57,107 bases of DNA. Origin: a virus. The stretch's first letter is position 1. Each line of letters begins with the position of its first letter. This document shows, one piece after another, positions 56,599 to 57,107 of this stretch. The notes below the pieces were generated by a model that did not search any database, was not told the DNA's origin, and saw nothing but the letters and a program-made list of their open reading frames with translations. The position numbers were made by a program, and so were the translations under genes. Location: UHGV virus genome UHGV-1334481; one strand, given 5' to 3'.

Positions 56599-57107
56599 AT
56601 GACTCGTAACGAATATATCAAATCATTCAATAGCGTTATTGATGATAAAGTTAAGACTGTGTCTAGTCAGAATAGTGTTATTTCCATTATCAATCAATGG
56701 CTCAATAATACTGATGCAAGTATTGTTTCTTCAAGCAAATTTATTCATGAAGTTCATAAAATTTCTAGTCGCGAATATAAAGATGATATTAAGGAAACCT
56801 TCAAAGGTTCTCGTCTTCTTTCATATTTAGTTAACCAAGATATTCTCGGTAAATTTGGGAAAGAAATTAAACGAACTAAAGATGTAGTAGGATATAATTG
56901 GTTCGGTGATGTTAATTCATATCATCTTAATAATAAAGAAGACCCTGAGAATATTTTTACTCGTCGTTGGATTAGTAATTTCAGACTTTTCAAAAAGCAA
57001 ATTCTAAAATCAGCTTCTAAATTATGCTATGGCGATTATCGTCAAATTCATCCTTGGGCTTCTGATATGATTATCATAAAAGAATATGAACTTGATAAAA
57101 ATAAAGC
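56599..57107 (+). CDS. hypothetical protein (partial; continues beyond window end)
   Basis: ATG 56599 after the RBS; frame open to the last base (MTRNEYIKSFNSVIDDK...). Confidence 0.5.
   Translation, partial: MTRNEYIKSFNSVIDDKVKTVSSQNSVISIINQWLNNTDASIVSSSKFIHEVHKISSREYKDDIKETFKGSRLLSYLVNQDILGKFGKEIKRTKDVVGYNWFGDVNSYHLNNKEDPENIFTRRWISNFRLFKKQILKSASKLCYGDYRQIHPWASDMIIIKEYELDKNK

Noticed and set aside
56639-56830. 63-aa plus-strand ORF
   Set aside because: Alternative frame inside the better-supported partial gene that starts at ATG 56599 behind a promoter and GAGGAG RBS

Overview
This window is a T4-like (Tequatrovirus-type) myovirus genome segment, identified from recognisable proteins; all names rest on my recall of T4 proteins, not on any search. 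Lysozyme e differs from T4 at about 3 residues and gp11/gp12/wac lengths differ, so it is a close relative rather than T4 itself. Positions 1-29154 (minus strand) hold the late structural block in T4 order: 24(partial)-23-22-21-68-67-20-19-18-17-16-15-14-13-wac-12-11-10-9-8-7-6-5.4-5.1-like-5-53, with TATAAATA late promoters (seen as tatttata on the given strand) before several genes. Divergent late promoters at 29168-29190 open a plus-strand block: 4-2-3-1-57A-57B(acb1), an internal-protein locus, a 9-tRNA cluster with a tRNA-like stable RNA region, more internal-protein-like genes, small e.x ORFs, nudE, e (lysozyme), denV, a grcA-like gene, tk, rI and many small early ORFs driven by GTTTAC/TAnnnT early promoters. 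Most notable: at least five apparent reading-frame disruptions, including the essential portal gene 20 and the anti-CBASS gene 57B/acb1, pointing to sequence errors, a mutant stock or recoding at A-runs. Candidate accessory functions include a macro-domain-like protein, a nucleotidyltransferase-fold protein, secreted proteins and a host-like grcA segment. No CRISPR arrays, integrases, transposases or homing endonucleases were recognised. The 9 tRNA models were folded by hand from the sequence.
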